This document shows, piece by piece, positions 41,746 through 52,067 of a DNA stretch of 64,000 nucleotides (positions within the stretch are counted from its first letter, which is position 1; each line of letters begins with the position of its first letter). This stretch comes from an uncultured Syntrophorhabdaceae bacterium (GTDB taxonomy: Bacteria; Desulfobacterota; Syntrophorhabdia; Syntrophorhabdales; Syntrophorhabdaceae): assembly GCA_964406055.1 (NCBI GenBank), contig CAYOQF010000011.1, forward strand, positions 7,416 through 71,415. The letters run 5' to 3'. Position numbers and translations under genes: made by a program. A model generated the notes under the pieces. It worked only from the letters and a program-made list of their open reading frames with translations. It was not told the DNA's origin and ran no database searches.

Positions 41746-43881
41746 ATGGTACGGTTCAACGACATCGTGGAGGAGATCCTCCGGTACAACCCCCAGGCCG
41801 ATGTGGAAATGCTCGAGCGGGCCTACGTCTTCTCCGCCAAGGCCCACAAAGGGCAGACACGCCGCTCCGGCGAGCCCTACCTGATCCACCCCCTCGAAGT
41901 GGCCCACATCCTCACCAGGATGAACCTTGACGTGCCGAGCGTGGTGTCGGGCCTCCTCCATGACACCATCGAGGACTCGTATGTGAACAAGGAGGAGATC
42001 GAGGAGTACTTCGGCAAGGAAGTGGCGGAGCTGGTGGACGGGGTCACCAAGATCAGCATGATCCCCTTGAAGACCACCGAGGACTCGCGGGTCGAAAACT
42101 TCAGGAAGATGATCCTGGCCATGAGCAAGGATATCAGGGTCATCCTCATCAAACTGGCCGACCGGCACCACAATATGCAGACCCTCAACTTCCTCTCCCC
42201 GGAAAAACAGGAGGAGATTTCGAGAGAGACCCTTGAGATTTACGCCCCCCTTGCCCACAGGCTCGGGATCGAGTGGATGAAGGGGGAACTGGAGGACGCG
42301 GCCTTCAAATACCTGAAGCCGGAAGACCACAAGCTCATCAAGGAAAAGATCGCCAAGAAGAAAAAGGAACGGGACGCCTACATCACGGAGGTGAAGGAGA
42401 CCATCAGGTCCCACTTGGAGGAGGCAGGGCTCAAGGCGGATGTCTCGGGTAGGGCCAAGAGGCTCTACAGCATCTACAAGAAGATGGTCCAGGAAGGAGT
42501 CAATATTGACGACATTTACGATCTCACCGCCTTCCGGGTCATGGTGGACTCGGTCAAGGAGTGCTATGAGGCCCTCGGTTTCATCCATTCCTTCTTTCGC
42601 CCCATCCCCGGCAAGTTCAGCGACTACATCGCCCTTCCCAAGGCCAACATGTATCAGTCCCTCCACACCAAGGTCGTGGGACCCTACGGCGAGAAGATCG
42701 AGATCCAGATCCGGACCTACGAGATGCACAAGATCGCCGAGGAAGGGATCGCGGCCCACTGGAAGTACAAGGAGGGAAAGGTCTTCGACGCCAAGGAGGA
42801 CAAGATCTTCGGCTGGCTCCGGAGGGTCATCGAGTGGCAGCAGGAACTGAAGGACAACCGGGAATTCATGGAGGTCTTCAAGATCGACCTCTTCCCTGAC
42901 GAGGTCTTCGTCTTCACACCCAAGGGCGACGTACGGGAGCTCCCCAAGGGGGCGACCCCGGTGGATTTCGCCTACGCCATCCACACCCAGCTCGGGCACC
43001 GCTGCGTGGGCGCCAAGGTGGGCGGGAGGCTGGTACCGCTGCGTTACACCCTGAAGAGCGGCGATGTGGTGGAAATCCAGACAAGCCCCACCCATAAGCC
43101 CAGCAAGGACTGGCTCGGCTTCGTAAAGACCTCGCGGGCGAAGACCAAGATACGGCAGTTCATCAAGACCGAGCAGAGGGAGCGGAGCATCGAGCTGGGC
43201 AGGGCGCTCATGGACAAGGAATTCAGCAAGGCAGACCTGAACCTGTCCAAGATGACCAAGTCGGGCGAGCTCGCGAACATCGCCAGGGAGTTCAGCTTCG
43301 AATCGGAAGATGATCTCTTCGCCGCGGTGGGATACGGTCTCTACACGCCCCTCCAGGTCCTCGGCAAGATCCTGCCGGAGGCCGAGAAACCGAGCAAGCT
43401 TGAAAAGCTGATCAGCACGATAAAGAAGGGAAGGGATGCGGGCATCAAGATTCAGGGGGTGGACGGGGTGGTGGTCCGTTTCGCGAAATGCTGCAACCCC
43501 ATACCGGGCGACAGGATCCTGGGCTTCATCACCAGGGGGCGGGGTCTCACCATCCATGTGGAGGACTGCCCGAACATCCTCACCTACGACGAGCAGCGGA
43601 AGGTTCCTGTCTCCTGGGAGCTCAACAAAGACTTCACCTACCCGGTGAAGCTGAAGATATCAGGGGACGACCGGAAGGGGCTCCTGTCGGAAATAAGCAC
43701 CACCATGGCCTCCCACAAGGCGAATATCATCAGCGCCCAGGCCACGACCCGGCCGGACCGGTCGGCGGCGGGCGTCTACGAGATAGAGATCGGGGACAAC
43801 ACACAACTTCAGAAGATCATGAAGTCGATTCAGAAGATAAAAGGGGTCAAATCGGTGGAGCGGGTGCGGGGAACTACTTAG
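41746..43881 (+). CDS. rel: bifunctional (p)ppGpp synthetase/hydrolase (RelA/SpoT family)
   Basis: HD hydrolase ([14 protein letters not shown]), synthetase ([15 protein letters not shown]), and TGS and ACT regions. Confidence 0.92.
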   Translation: MVRFNDIVEEILRYNPQADVEMLERAYVFSAKAHKGQTRRSGEPYLIHPLEVAHILTRMNLDVPSVVSGLLHDTIEDSYVNKEEIEEYFGKEVAELVDGVTKISMIPLKTTEDSRVENFRKMILAMSKDIRVILIKLADRHHNMQTLNFLSPEKQEEISRETLEIYAPLAHRLGIEWMKGELEDAAFKYLKPEDHKLIKEKIAKKKKERDAYITEVKETIRSHLEEAGLKADVSGRAKRLYSIYKKMVQEGVNIDDIYDLTAFRVMVDSVKECYEALGFIHSFFRPIPGKFSDYIALPKANMYQSLHTKVVGPYGEKIEIQIRTYEMHKIAEEGIAAHWKYKEGKVFDAKEDKIFGWLRRVIEWQQELKDNREFMEVFKIDLFPDEVFVFTPKGDVRELPKGATPVDFAYAIHTQLGHRCVGAKVGGRLVPLRYTLKSGDVVEIQTSPTHKPSKDWLGFVKTSRAKTKIRQFIKTEQRERSIELGRALMDKEFSKADLNLSKMTKSGELANIAREFSFESEDDLFAAVGYGLYTPLQVLGKILPEAEKPSKLEKLISTIKKGRDAGIKIQGVDGVVVRFAKCCNPIPGDRILGFITRGRGLTIHVEDCPNILTYDEQRKVPVSWELNKDFTYPVKLKISGDDRKGLLSEISTTMASHKANIISAQATTRPDRSAAGVYEIEIGDNTQLQKIMKSIQKIKGVKSVERVRGTT

Positions 43882-44069
43882 ACTGCCTTCTGAAGGGTGC
43901 CCTTCTTGATGCACTTCGTGCAGACCCTGGCCTTCTTCGTCACGCCGTCCTTCACGATCGTCACGCTCTGCAGGTTGGGGAGCCACTGCCTCTTGGTCTT
44001 GTTGTGGGCATGGCTCACGTTGTAGCCGATCTGCTTGCCCTTGCCGCATATGTCACATACCCTTGCCAT
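43878..44069 (-). CDS. rpmB: 50S ribosomal protein L28
   Basis: [27 protein letters not shown].. GGAGG upstream of ATG 44069. Confidence 0.92.
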   Translation of the reverse strand: MARVCDICGKGKQIGYNVSHAHNKTKRQWLPNLQSVTIVKDGVTKKARVCTKCIKKGTLQKAV

Positions 44070-44165
44070 GATCGCCTCCGTGTTCCTCGTGTCGCTTTCC
44101 GGCGCGTCTGTCCACAAGAACCTCTGTTTTCACGCACCTGTCCCCTCCCGGGATGAGAGAGAAGA

Positions 44166-44195
44166 ATTGTACTAACTTGTTCCATGCCCTGTCAA
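44166..44195 (-). promoter_or_regulatory. promoter of rpmB
   Basis: On the minus strand: TTGACA (44195-44190), 18 nt, TACAAT (44171-44166). Confidence 0.5.
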
Positions 44196-44364
44196 CAGCT
44201 TTCTGCTCCATCCCCCCTTCGGCATTGACAATTCTGCACCGTTATTATTTATTATTAGATTGTACCAATGATGATGCGACGGCGAAAAATCCGCTTCCGT
44301 GGGCCTTTTGTCCCTTGCCTGTCTCCTCGCGGCCAAGGGGACGGCAAGGCTTCGGGGAACCAGA

Positions 44365-45315
44365 ATGATTGACCGGAAGGTGTTACGGCGCTTCGGCGTT
44401 CCCCTGCTCATCGCGACGTTCGTCTCCATCCTTCTCTCTCTTGTCGTCCTGGTAACCATCAACACAAACCTGATGAAAATGCCCCTTCTCGGCTCGTCAC
44501 GCCCGCCCGGGGGGAGCGCACCGCGGGAGCAGGCAGCAGCAACCGAACCGAAGGGTGACATCGCCGCCATCACGGAGCGTAATCTGTTCAGGGCAAAACT
44601 CGAAGCCGAGATTCCCAAACCCAAGACGGAGAAAGAATTGGAAGAAGAGATGCTCACCGCCATGGTCAGGGATATGACCCTGAAGGGGGTATGGATAGGC
44701 GAGAAGAAGAGTGCGAGCTATGCCGTCATCGACAGGGGCGGCCAAAAGGGTGTGTGGAGCTATGAGCTCGGCGAGGATCTCGGCAAAGGCCTGCTCCTCC
44801 AGGATGTGGGCCCCAACTCGGTAAAGCTCGGCAAAGGGGATTTCATCGTCACCTTGAGATTGTTCGCAAAGGCCTACGAACGGGATACGAGCGCCAGGGC
44901 AAAGGTGGAGCCCCCGAAGGGCCAGGCGCCTCCTCAAAAGGTCGCTCCTGCCATGAAAGGGATCGACCTTTCAGCGGAGATAAAGAAGGAAGGGAACAAG
45001 GTGATCCTCTCCAAGTCTCTCGCAGAGAGGATACGGGCCAACAACAGCCTCGTCATGGCCGCCGTGGCGGTGAAGGCTTCCAAAGACGGCCAGGGAAAAC
45101 CGAACGGCTACCAGGTTGTTTCTGTGGACAGGGGCAGCCTCGCCGAAAAGATCGGGATTCAGGCCGACGATATCGTCCAGGAGATCAACGGCGTCAGGAT
45201 CGCCAACCCGGACGACCTCAACAAGATGGCGAACAGATGGAAGAATGAATCGAAGTTTGAAGTCAAGGTCCTGCGCAAGGGAAGTGCAGAGACCCTCTTT
45301 TACGAAATCCGATAG
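44365..45315 (+). CDS. gspC: type II secretion system protein GspC-like (N-terminal TM, C-terminal PDZ)
   Basis: TM helix LLIATFVSILLSLVVLV. PDZ region GYQVVSVDRGSLAEKIGIQADDIVQEINGV. First gene of the gsp operon. Confidence 0.6.
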   Translation: MIDRKVLRRFGVPLLIATFVSILLSLVVLVTINTNLMKMPLLGSSRPPGGSAPREQAAATEPKGDIAAITERNLFRAKLEAEIPKPKTEKELEEEMLTAMVRDMTLKGVWIGEKKSASYAVIDRGGQKGVWSYELGEDLGKGLLLQDVGPNSVKLGKGDFIVTLRLFAKAYERDTSARAKVEPPKGQAPPQKVAPAMKGIDLSAEIKKEGNKVILSKSLAERIRANNSLVMAAVAVKASKDGQGKPNGYQVVSVDRGSLAEKIGIQADDIVQEINGVRIANPDDLNKMANRWKNESKFEVKVLRKGSAETLFYEIR

Positions 45316-45329
45316 CAGGAGGTGACGGA

Positions 45330-45794
45330 TTGACCGCACGGGGCATGCTTTTTACAGTCACACACATTATGTTTCTCCTTCTCTTTCTCATCCTGCCTCC
45401 GGTCGTGGGGGGCCAGGAATCACCTTCTCCTGCCCGGCGCACGGATCTCATGAAGGAGGTGCGGAGAGAAGGGAACAAGGTGATCGTGTCGAAATCCCTT
45501 GCCGACAAGATACGGGCTGACAACAACCTCATTCTTTCGTCCATAGCTGTGAAAGGTTCTGTGGATAGTCAGGGAAACCCGAACGGTTTTCAGGTGGTTC
45601 AGGTGGACAAGGGCAGCCTCGCCGAAAAGATCGGCGTCCGCTCCAAGGACATACTGAAGGAAGTGAACGGGGTCAGGATTCTTACCGCCGACGACGTGAA
45701 CAGGGCGTACGAGCAGTTCAAGAATGACACGAAATTCAAAGTGAAGGTGATGAGGAGAGGAGTGTTGAAGACCCTCCTTTACGAAATCCGTTAG
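45330..45794 (+). CDS. PDZ-domain protein, paralogue of the GspC C-terminal region
   Basis: AGGAGG lies 7 nt upstream of TTG 45330. Signal/TM peptide present. About 60% identical, by hand alignment over ~108 aa, to the C-terminus of the preceding protein. Confidence 0.65.
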   Translation: MTARGMLFTVTHIMFLLLFLILPPVVGGQESPSPARRTDLMKEVRREGNKVIVSKSLADKIRADNNLILSSIAVKGSVDSQGNPNGFQVVQVDKGSLAEKIGVRSKDILKEVNGVRILTADDVNRAYEQFKNDTKFKVKVMRRGVLKTLLYEIR

Positions 45795-45808
45795 CAAGGG
45801 GTGATGGT

Positions 45809-47806
45809 GTGAACAGGCAGAGAATCTTCGTCAGACTTCTATGTTTCGCCTTCATGCTCCTCCTTGGCGCCCTTCCGGCCTGGGGCCAGACCTCCGGTGG
45901 GGGTGCCACCGTGCCATCCCCACCCGGCGGAACAACGCCACAGAGAGGGCCTTCCCACCCCGGGTACCCTCCGCCGCCCGCAACCGCCCCTGCCCAGGCC
46001 TCCACCTCCCCTTCCACCCCAACCGGCACGACAGCAGTGACGGGACCGGCCGATCCGACACCTCCGACAACCACGACACCCGCAACTCCACCCGGTACCC
46101 CTCCATCCCCGTCTCCTGCTCCCGCCGCCACGCCGGCAGGCACCTATCCTCCCCCCCCTACTCCTGTCCCCGTCAGGCCTCCATCTCCTCCCGTAAGACT
46201 GGGTGCCATGTCCGTTTCACCCGGCCATCTTATCCAGATGAATTTCGACAACATAGAGCTTCGGGACCTCATCCGGTTCGTCAGCACCATAATGGGCAGG
46301 AATTTCGTCTTTGACGAGAATACGGTGAAGGGAAAGGTCACCATCCTCTCGCCCAAGAACCTCACGAAAGACGAGGTGTACCGGGTCTTCGAGAGCGTGC
46401 TCAGCTACTCCGGTTTTGCCGTCATATCCGCCCCTGAGGCGGTCCGCATCGTCAAGTCCTCAGACGCCAGGACCATGGCCATCGAAAGCCTTTCAGGCGA
46501 TCAACTCAAGAGGGTCCCGCCCGAGGAGCGGTTCGTCACCTATGTGGCACACCTTGAGTACCTCGATGCCGCCACCATGGTGGGCATCCTGCGGCCCATG
46601 CTGGCAAAGGATGCCTATATAGCGGCCGTGGCGACGACGAACTCCCTGGTCATCATCGACAGTTCGGCCAATGTGCAGAGACTAAGGGGAATCCTGAACG
46701 ATATCGACATCCCCGTATCCAGGCAATTAGGGGCCCTGAAGGTCTACCACGTTCAGCACACCAGTGCCGTCGATCTCGGCAAGACCCTGCAGAGCCTTCT
46801 CACAGAGGGCAAAAGGACGCAGACCCCGAAAGACAAGATCTTTATCACCTCCTATGCCGCGACCAACACGATCCTCGTAAGCGCCCCACCCGAAGACATC
46901 AGGGAAATAGAGAAGATCATCGCCAACATCGATACCCTGAGACCCCAGGTTCTCGTGGAGGCGGCCATTGTGGAGGTCTCCATGACCAGAGGGGAGGAGT
47001 TCGGGGTTGACTGGATCGCCGGCGCGACGAGCAAGGGGGAGAGGGGGGCCGTGGGCGGGTTCATACAGAGTGAGGGCAGCCTGCTCGGTGTAGCTACCGC
47101 CCTTCTGTCCGACAAACCGGAAACGATCCCGGCGGCCTTGAAAACCGGTTTCAATGTGGGCGTACTGGGCGGCAACATCACCTACAACGGCAAGACCTAC
47201 CCCACCGTGGCGGCCTTCGTGCGGGCCCTGAGCACGGCGGACAACGTGAACATCCTCTCCACACCCCAACTCCTCACGGTCAACAACGAGGAGGCGGAGA
47301 TCGTGGTAGGCGAGAACCGCCCCTATCTTACGAGCACCCGTCTCGACGCTTCGGGGAATCCCCTCTATTCCTATGATTACAGGGACGTGGGTGTCAAGCT
47401 GAAGATAAAACCCTATATCAACAATGACGGGTTCGTAAACCTCAACCTCTACCAGGAGGTTTCGAAGGTTACCGAGGCCACCACCGGCGGTACCGGGAGT
47501 GTTCCGGCACCCACCACGCTCAAGCGGTCAACCAAGACCACCGTGGTGGTAAAGGATTCCCAGACCGTGGTGATCAGTGGTCTCATCCGGGACGATTCCA
47601 CGGGGACGCAGCAGGGCATACCGTTCCTGAGCAAGATCCCCATCCTCGGCTACCTCTTCGGCTACCAGAAAAAGACTTACGAGAAAACGAACCTCCTCGT
47701 GTTCCTCACCCCTCGCATCATCTACACGGCGGAGAACCTGGAGCAGATCAGCCGGAACAAGAAGGAGGAGCAAGACATGCTTCTGAAGGAAAAGGTGAAG
47801 CGATAG
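45809..47806 (+). CDS. gspD: type II secretion system secretin GspD with Pro/Thr-rich N-terminal extension
   Basis: Signal peptide, N0-N3-like repeats, and secretin domain (VVISGLIRD..GIPFLSKIPILGYLFG). Confidence 0.88.
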   Translation: MNRQRIFVRLLCFAFMLLLGALPAWGQTSGGGATVPSPPGGTTPQRGPSHPGYPPPPATAPAQASTSPSTPTGTTAVTGPADPTPPTTTTPATPPGTPPSPSPAPAATPAGTYPPPPTPVPVRPPSPPVRLGAMSVSPGHLIQMNFDNIELRDLIRFVSTIMGRNFVFDENTVKGKVTILSPKNLTKDEVYRVFESVLSYSGFAVISAPEAVRIVKSSDARTMAIESLSGDQLKRVPPEERFVTYVAHLEYLDAATMVGILRPMLAKDAYIAAVATTNSLVIIDSSANVQRLRGILNDIDIPVSRQLGALKVYHVQHTSAVDLGKTLQSLLTEGKRTQTPKDKIFITSYAATNTILVSAPPEDIREIEKIIANIDTLRPQVLVEAAIVEVSMTRGEEFGVDWIAGATSKGERGAVGGFIQSEGSLLGVATALLSDKPETIPAALKTGFNVGVLGGNITYNGKTYPTVAAFVRALSTADNVNILSTPQLLTVNNEEAEIVVGENRPYLTSTRLDASGNPLYSYDYRDVGVKLKIKPYINNDGFVNLNLYQEVSKVTEATTGGTGSVPAPTTLKRSTKTTVVVKDSQTVVISGLIRDDSTGTQQGIPFLSKIPILGYLFGYQKKTYEKTNLLVFLTPRIIYTAENLEQISRNKKEEQDMLLKEKVKR

Positions 47807-49338
47807 TGGCGGACCAGGTCTACCTTCAGGAGGAGCACCTCGAACCCCTCCCTACCCGTGTCGCAAGGATTCATCATACCTTTTTCCAGAAAAACCGGGT
47901 GGTTCCCCTCGGCTGCCGCCGTGCACCGGAGGTCCTGGTCGTGCTGGCGGAAGAAGGCGGAAACGGCCATACACCCGACATCCTCGGTGTCTACGCGGGC
48001 ATGGCCGTAGAGGTCCGTACCGTGCCCCGTGAGCAATTCGAGAAATACCTCGAGGCCTTCAGGGATGAGCAGGGCAAGGAAGTGGTCATCGGGGTGGTGG
48101 AAAACCTTGGGGAAAGCGACCTGTCCGAGATCGCCCAGGAGATTCCCAACGGCCACGATCTCCTCGACGACGCCGCCAATGAGCCGCCTATCATCAAGCT
48201 GGTCAGTCTTCTCTTCACCATCGCCGTCAAGGACAGGGCGAGCGACATTCATATCCAGCCCCTGGAAAAGGAGGTTCGGGTACGGTTCAGGATAGACGGC
48301 CTCCTCTACGACATGTACAAACCCCCCAAAAGGGCCCAGAACGCCATCATTTCCCGGGTCAAGGTCATGGCGGGGCTCGATGTGGCGGAGAAGAGGCTAC
48401 CCCAGGACGGAAGGATCAAAATCCGGATCAATGACCGTGAGATCGACGTCCGGGTCTCCATTATACCCTCCGTCTACGGGGAGCAGGTGGTCATGAGGCT
48501 CCTCGACAAGGGGGCGGCCCTCATCGAACTGAACGACCTCGGCATGAACCCGGGCCTCATGAAGACCATGGTCTCCCTTGTAAGCCGGCCTCAGGGGGTC
48601 TTCCTGGTCACGGGACCCACCGGCAGCGGGAAGACCACGACCCTCTATGCGGCCCTCCAGACGATCAACACGGCGGAGAAGAATATCCTCACCGTCGAGG
48701 ACCCCGTTGAGTACGTCATCCCCGGCATCAGCCAGATGCAGGTGAGTTCCAAGATCCATCTCGATTTCGCCCGGGCCCTCCGTTCCTTTCTCAGGCAGGA
48801 CCCGGACGTGATTATGGTCGGCGAGGTGCGGGACGAGGAGACGGCCCGCATCGCCATCCAAGCAGCCCTCACGGGACACCTTGTCTTCTCGACCCTCCAT
48901 ACCAACGACTCGGCGAGCGCCCTTACCAGACTCATCGATATGGGCATTGAGCCGTACCTCCTCACCTCGTCGGTGACGGCGATCCTCGCCCAGCGTCTGG
49001 TGCGGCGCATCTGCCCCTACTGCAAGGACGTGCACGATCCCTCCGAATACGAAAAAGAACTGCTCGCCTCCTTCCAGGGTGCCGCCGGAAAGACACTTTA
49101 CAGGGGCAGGGGCTGCGACAACTGTCTCCAGACAGGCTTCATGGGCAGGGTAGGGATCTTCGAGCTCCTGGTAATGAACAGCGCGATACGCCATCTCGTG
49201 CAGGAAAAGGCATCGTCGGAGGAGATCAAGGCTCAGGCGATACGGGACAAGATGGTCACCCTTCGCGAGGACGGGCTGGCCAGGGCCTTTGAGGGCACCA
49301 CGACCCTCTCCGAGGTCATACGGGTCACCATCGAGTAA
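47806..49338 (+). CDS. gspE: type II secretion ATPase GspE
   Basis: Walker A GPTGSGKTT, Asp/His boxes, and tetracysteine CPYC..CDNC. GTG start overlaps the gspD stop. Confidence 0.9.
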   Translation: MADQVYLQEEHLEPLPTRVARIHHTFFQKNRVVPLGCRRAPEVLVVLAEEGGNGHTPDILGVYAGMAVEVRTVPREQFEKYLEAFRDEQGKEVVIGVVENLGESDLSEIAQEIPNGHDLLDDAANEPPIIKLVSLLFTIAVKDRASDIHIQPLEKEVRVRFRIDGLLYDMYKPPKRAQNAIISRVKVMAGLDVAEKRLPQDGRIKIRINDREIDVRVSIIPSVYGEQVVMRLLDKGAALIELNDLGMNPGLMKTMVSLVSRPQGVFLVTGPTGSGKTTTLYAALQTINTAEKNILTVEDPVEYVIPGISQMQVSSKIHLDFARALRSFLRQDPDVIMVGEVRDEETARIAIQAALTGHLVFSTLHTNDSASALTRLIDMGIEPYLLTSSVTAILAQRLVRRICPYCKDVHDPSEYEKELLASFQGAAGKTLYRGRGCDNCLQTGFMGRVGIFELLVMNSAIRHLVQEKASSEEIKAQAIRDKMVTLREDGLARAFEGTTTLSEVIRVTIE

Positions 49339-49384
49339 TGTGATGACCCCTTGGAGACGGGATACCCTTTCCCCGGAGTAAGGG

Positions 49385-50599
49385 ATGGAATACACCTACC
49401 AGGCACTGAACAGGACAGGAAAGGTTGAAAAAGGCACCATCGTGGCCGACGGTGAAACGTCGGCGCGGGAGGAGATGAAGGGCAGGGGGCTCTATCTCGT
49501 CTCCCTGAAGGAGGCGGAGGGAGACCAGAGGAAGCGCTTCGATCTTTTTTCCTTCAGGCTGAAGGAACAGCTCCCCATGCTCCTGGCCCGTCAACTCGCG
49601 TCACTCCTCAAGGGGGGCGTTCCCCTCTTTCAGGCCCTCACCATCATCGCCAACCAGATGGACCAGGAAAAGGCGAAGGCGATTGTCGGCACCCTCCGCG
49701 ACCAGGTCCGGGGGGGCTCTTCGCTGTCCGCCGCCCTGGCCGGATTTCCCGGGATCTTCGACAATCTCTTCGTCTATTCCGTACAGGCCGGCGAGCGCAG
49801 CGGCGCCCTTGACGCAATCCTCGCCTACCAGGCAGACTTCCTCGAGAACCGGGCGGCCCTGAAAGGCAAGATCAGGACCGCCCTCATGTATCCCCTCATC
49901 ATGGTGATCGTGGGCGCCGGCGTCCTCATCTTTCTCATGGCCTACGTGGTGCCCATGGTAATCAGGATCTTCGAGCGGGTCAATCAGAGCTTACCCCTGG
50001 TGACCAGGGTCCTTATCTTCGGGGCAGACCTGTTCAACCGCTACCTTTATATCGCCCTTCCCTGTGCGGTGGCTGCCGTGTTCCTCCTGAGGAGGTGGAT
50101 TGGCTCGAACCCGCAGGCAAAAAATGCCTGGGATCGACTGCTCCTCAGGCTCCCCGTATATGGGGGGCTTCACCACATGATGCTGGTGGCGAGATTCGCC
50201 CGTATCATGGCTACCCTCCTCAAGAGCGGGGTCACCATGGTCCAGGCCCTCATCGTGGTGAGCAGGACCATGAAGAACAGCGTGACCGCCGAGGGGGTCC
50301 GGAGGATGGCGGAACTGGTGGAAGGGGGCGCCGATCTCTCCTCTGCCCTGCGGAGCGTTTCCACCTTCCCCTCCTACGTGACCGACATGGTGGTGGTGGG
50401 AGAAAGCGGCGGGAACCTGGAGGAGATGCTTGCGCGCGTCTCCGATTTCTACGAAACACGGGTAAACCAGCGCCTCGCGGCCCTCACGTCCCTCGTGGAG
50501 CCGCTCATTATCCTCGTCATGGGCATGGTGGTGGCCTTTGTCCTCGTCTCCATCCTGCTGCCTCTTTTCGACATGAATAAAATCCTTCTCAAACGGTAA
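49385..50599 (+). CDS. gspF: type II secretion inner-membrane platform protein GspF
   Basis: Two GspF repeats and three TM segments. About 400 aa. Confidence 0.88.
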   Translation: MEYTYQALNRTGKVEKGTIVADGETSAREEMKGRGLYLVSLKEAEGDQRKRFDLFSFRLKEQLPMLLARQLASLLKGGVPLFQALTIIANQMDQEKAKAIVGTLRDQVRGGSSLSAALAGFPGIFDNLFVYSVQAGERSGALDAILAYQADFLENRAALKGKIRTALMYPLIMVIVGAGVLIFLMAYVVPMVIRIFERVNQSLPLVTRVLIFGADLFNRYLYIALPCAVAAVFLLRRWIGSNPQAKNAWDRLLLRLPVYGGLHHMMLVARFARIMATLLKSGVTMVQALIVVSRTMKNSVTAEGVRRMAELVEGGADLSSALRSVSTFPSYVTDMVVVGESGGNLEEMLARVSDFYETRVNQRLAALTSLVEPLIILVMGMVVAFVLVSILLPLFDMNKILLKR

Positions 50600-50608
50600 G
50601 GAGGTGCC

Positions 50609-51100
50609 ATGAGATTCTTGCATCCCGTCCCTTCACGACAGCCGGTCCCGCCCTCAGAGCGTCGGAGGGAGAGAGGATTCACCCTGATCGAACTGATGAT
50701 CGTAGTGGTCATCATCGGCATCCTCGCCACACTGCTCATCCCGAGGATCATGGAGCGTCCCGAGGAAGCACGGCGGGTCAAAGCAAAGATGGACATCAAA
50801 ACCATCGAGAGCGCCCTGAAGCTGTACAAGCTTGATAACGGTGTTTATCCCACCACCGAGCAGGGTCTCCAGGCTCTGATCACGAAGCCCGACACCGCGC
50901 CTCAGCCCCGAAAATGGAAGGAGGGCGGCTATCTGGAGTCGCGGGAAGTGCCCAAGGATCCCTGGGGTCGCCCCTACTACTACGTGTCGCCGGGGCCGGA
51001 AGGGAGGGATTACCTGATCACCAGCTACGGCAGCGACGGTGAACCCGGCGGTTCCGGTAGAGATGCCGATGTCACCAGCGCAGACCTGGACAAAGACTAA
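50609..51100 (+). CDS. gspG: major pseudopilin GspG
   Basis: Prepilin motif [19 protein letters not shown] and GspG core [32 protein letters not shown] upstream. Confidence 0.88.
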   Translation: MRFLHPVPSRQPVPPSERRRERGFTLIELMIVVVIIGILATLLIPRIMERPEEARRVKAKMDIKTIESALKLYKLDNGVYPTTEQGLQALITKPDTAPQPRKWKEGGYLESREVPKDPWGRPYYYVSPGPEGRDYLITSYGSDGEPGGSGRDADVTSADLDKD

Positions 51101-51596
51101 GGGATTCACCCTTCTCGAACTGATGGTGGTGATGGTCGTCCTGGCCATGGCCTTTTCGTTCGTGGCCATAAACTGGGGCGGCCTTGTAAGAAAGGAAGAG
51201 GACAGCTTTTTCAGTCGCTTCTCCCTGGAGGCCTCCATCCTCAGGGAAGAAGCCGTCTCGGCCTTCCAGCAGCGGGCTATTGAGATCGATTTCACCGCAA
51301 ACAGTATCACGGCGGGGGCCGTTGACCTTCAGACAGGGATCACCCCTTTCCGTTCCCTTGGGGTGCCTTATGGTCTCACGGTCAAAGACGCGATCGTAAA
51401 CGGCCGGAAGTTTTCCACAGGGAAGGTTGTGGTCCGGTTCTATCCCACCGGCCTCGTGGACAGGACCATCCTCCACCTTGAAGGGGGCAGGGAGGGTTCC
51501 TATTCAATTATCATCCAGCCCCTTACGGCAAGGGTCGAGATAAGGAATGGCCACATTGAAGAGATTGAGGTCCCGCCGGGGAGCTACCCTTCTTGA
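51063..51596 (+). CDS. gspH: minor pseudopilin, GspH-like (start uncertain: 51039, 51063 or 51069)
   Basis: [17 protein letters not shown] prepilin motif. Overlaps the gspG end. Confidence 0.6.
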   Translation: MPMSPAQTWTKTKGFTLLELMVVMVVLAMAFSFVAINWGGLVRKEEDSFFSRFSLEASILREEAVSAFQQRAIEIDFTANSITAGAVDLQTGITPFRSLGVPYGLTVKDAIVNGRKFSTGKVVVRFYPTGLVDRTILHLEGGREGSYSIIIQPLTARVEIRNGHIEEIEVPPGSYPS

Positions 51597-51924
51597 GGTG
51601 ATGGTGGCGGTGGCGGTGGCATCCATCGCCCTGGTCTCCTTCATTTCCCTTGTGGTGGCCGCCCTCCAAATGGAAGACTACGGGCGCAGGGTTACCGATG
51701 CCACCCTCCTTGCGGATAACCGCCTCAAGGAGATCGAGCGCACCGGCCTGCCCGAATTGGGCATCACCGAGGGACTGATCGACGAGCGCGATCCCGACGG
51801 CTACACCTATCGCCTCACCGTCCTGAATACCCCTATCGACAACGTGCGCCACCTTATCCTGGAGGTGCGCTGGAATAAAGGCAAAGACTCGGTTACCCTC
51901 GAAACCTACATGCTCGCGCAGTAG
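51547..51924 (+). CDS. gspI: minor pseudopilin, GspI-like
   Basis: [16 protein letters not shown]-terminus. About 125 aa. Confidence 0.6.
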   Translation: MATLKRLRSRRGATLLEVMVAVAVASIALVSFISLVVAALQMEDYGRRVTDATLLADNRLKEIERTGLPELGITEGLIDERDPDGYTYRLTVLNTPIDNVRHLILEVRWNKGKDSVTLETYMLAQ

Positions 51925-51974
51925 CCCCACCGGCGAACCCTCTCCCTCCAAGCACCGGGGGGTGGGGGAATGAG

Positions 51975-52002
51975 CAAGGGACAAGGTCCAAGGTGCAAGG
52001 GG
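51975..52002 (+). repeat. four tandem CAAGGNN heptads in the convergent T2SS intergenic region
   Basis: CAAGGGA CAAGGTC CAAGGTG CAAGGGG. A fifth CAAGG lies at 52023-52027, with several further GGA motifs up to about 52045. Confidence 0.7.
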
Positions 52003-52067
52003 TAACGGGCAGGGAGGGACGGCAAGGAATCGGTTCAGAGGAGATAAGCCCGTGCGCTGGGGCTGGA

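Noticed and set aside
41623-43557. 644-aa ORF antisense to rel, and likewise 40139-41503 antisense to recD2
   Set aside because: Both lie opposite genes with complete catalytic motifs. Their composition (Leu/Gly/Pro/Arg/His-rich) fits antisense frames.
44225-44260. Promoter for gspC (TTGACA 44225-44230 followed by an AT-rich block)
   Set aside because: No -10 hexamer falls at an acceptable 16-18-nt spacing; the only candidates are TTTATT or TATTTA. Too weak to report as a feature.
44172-44663. 163-aa minus-strand ORF spanning the rpmB-gspC intergenic region
   Set aside because: It overlaps the gspC start and the rpmB promoter, has no RBS, and has low-complexity Ser/Arg/Ala composition.
45736-46143. 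135-aa ORF antisense to the Pro/Thr-rich part of gspD
   Set aside because: Gly/Val/Ala-rich mirror image of a Pro-rich coding segment, so it is an antisense artefact.
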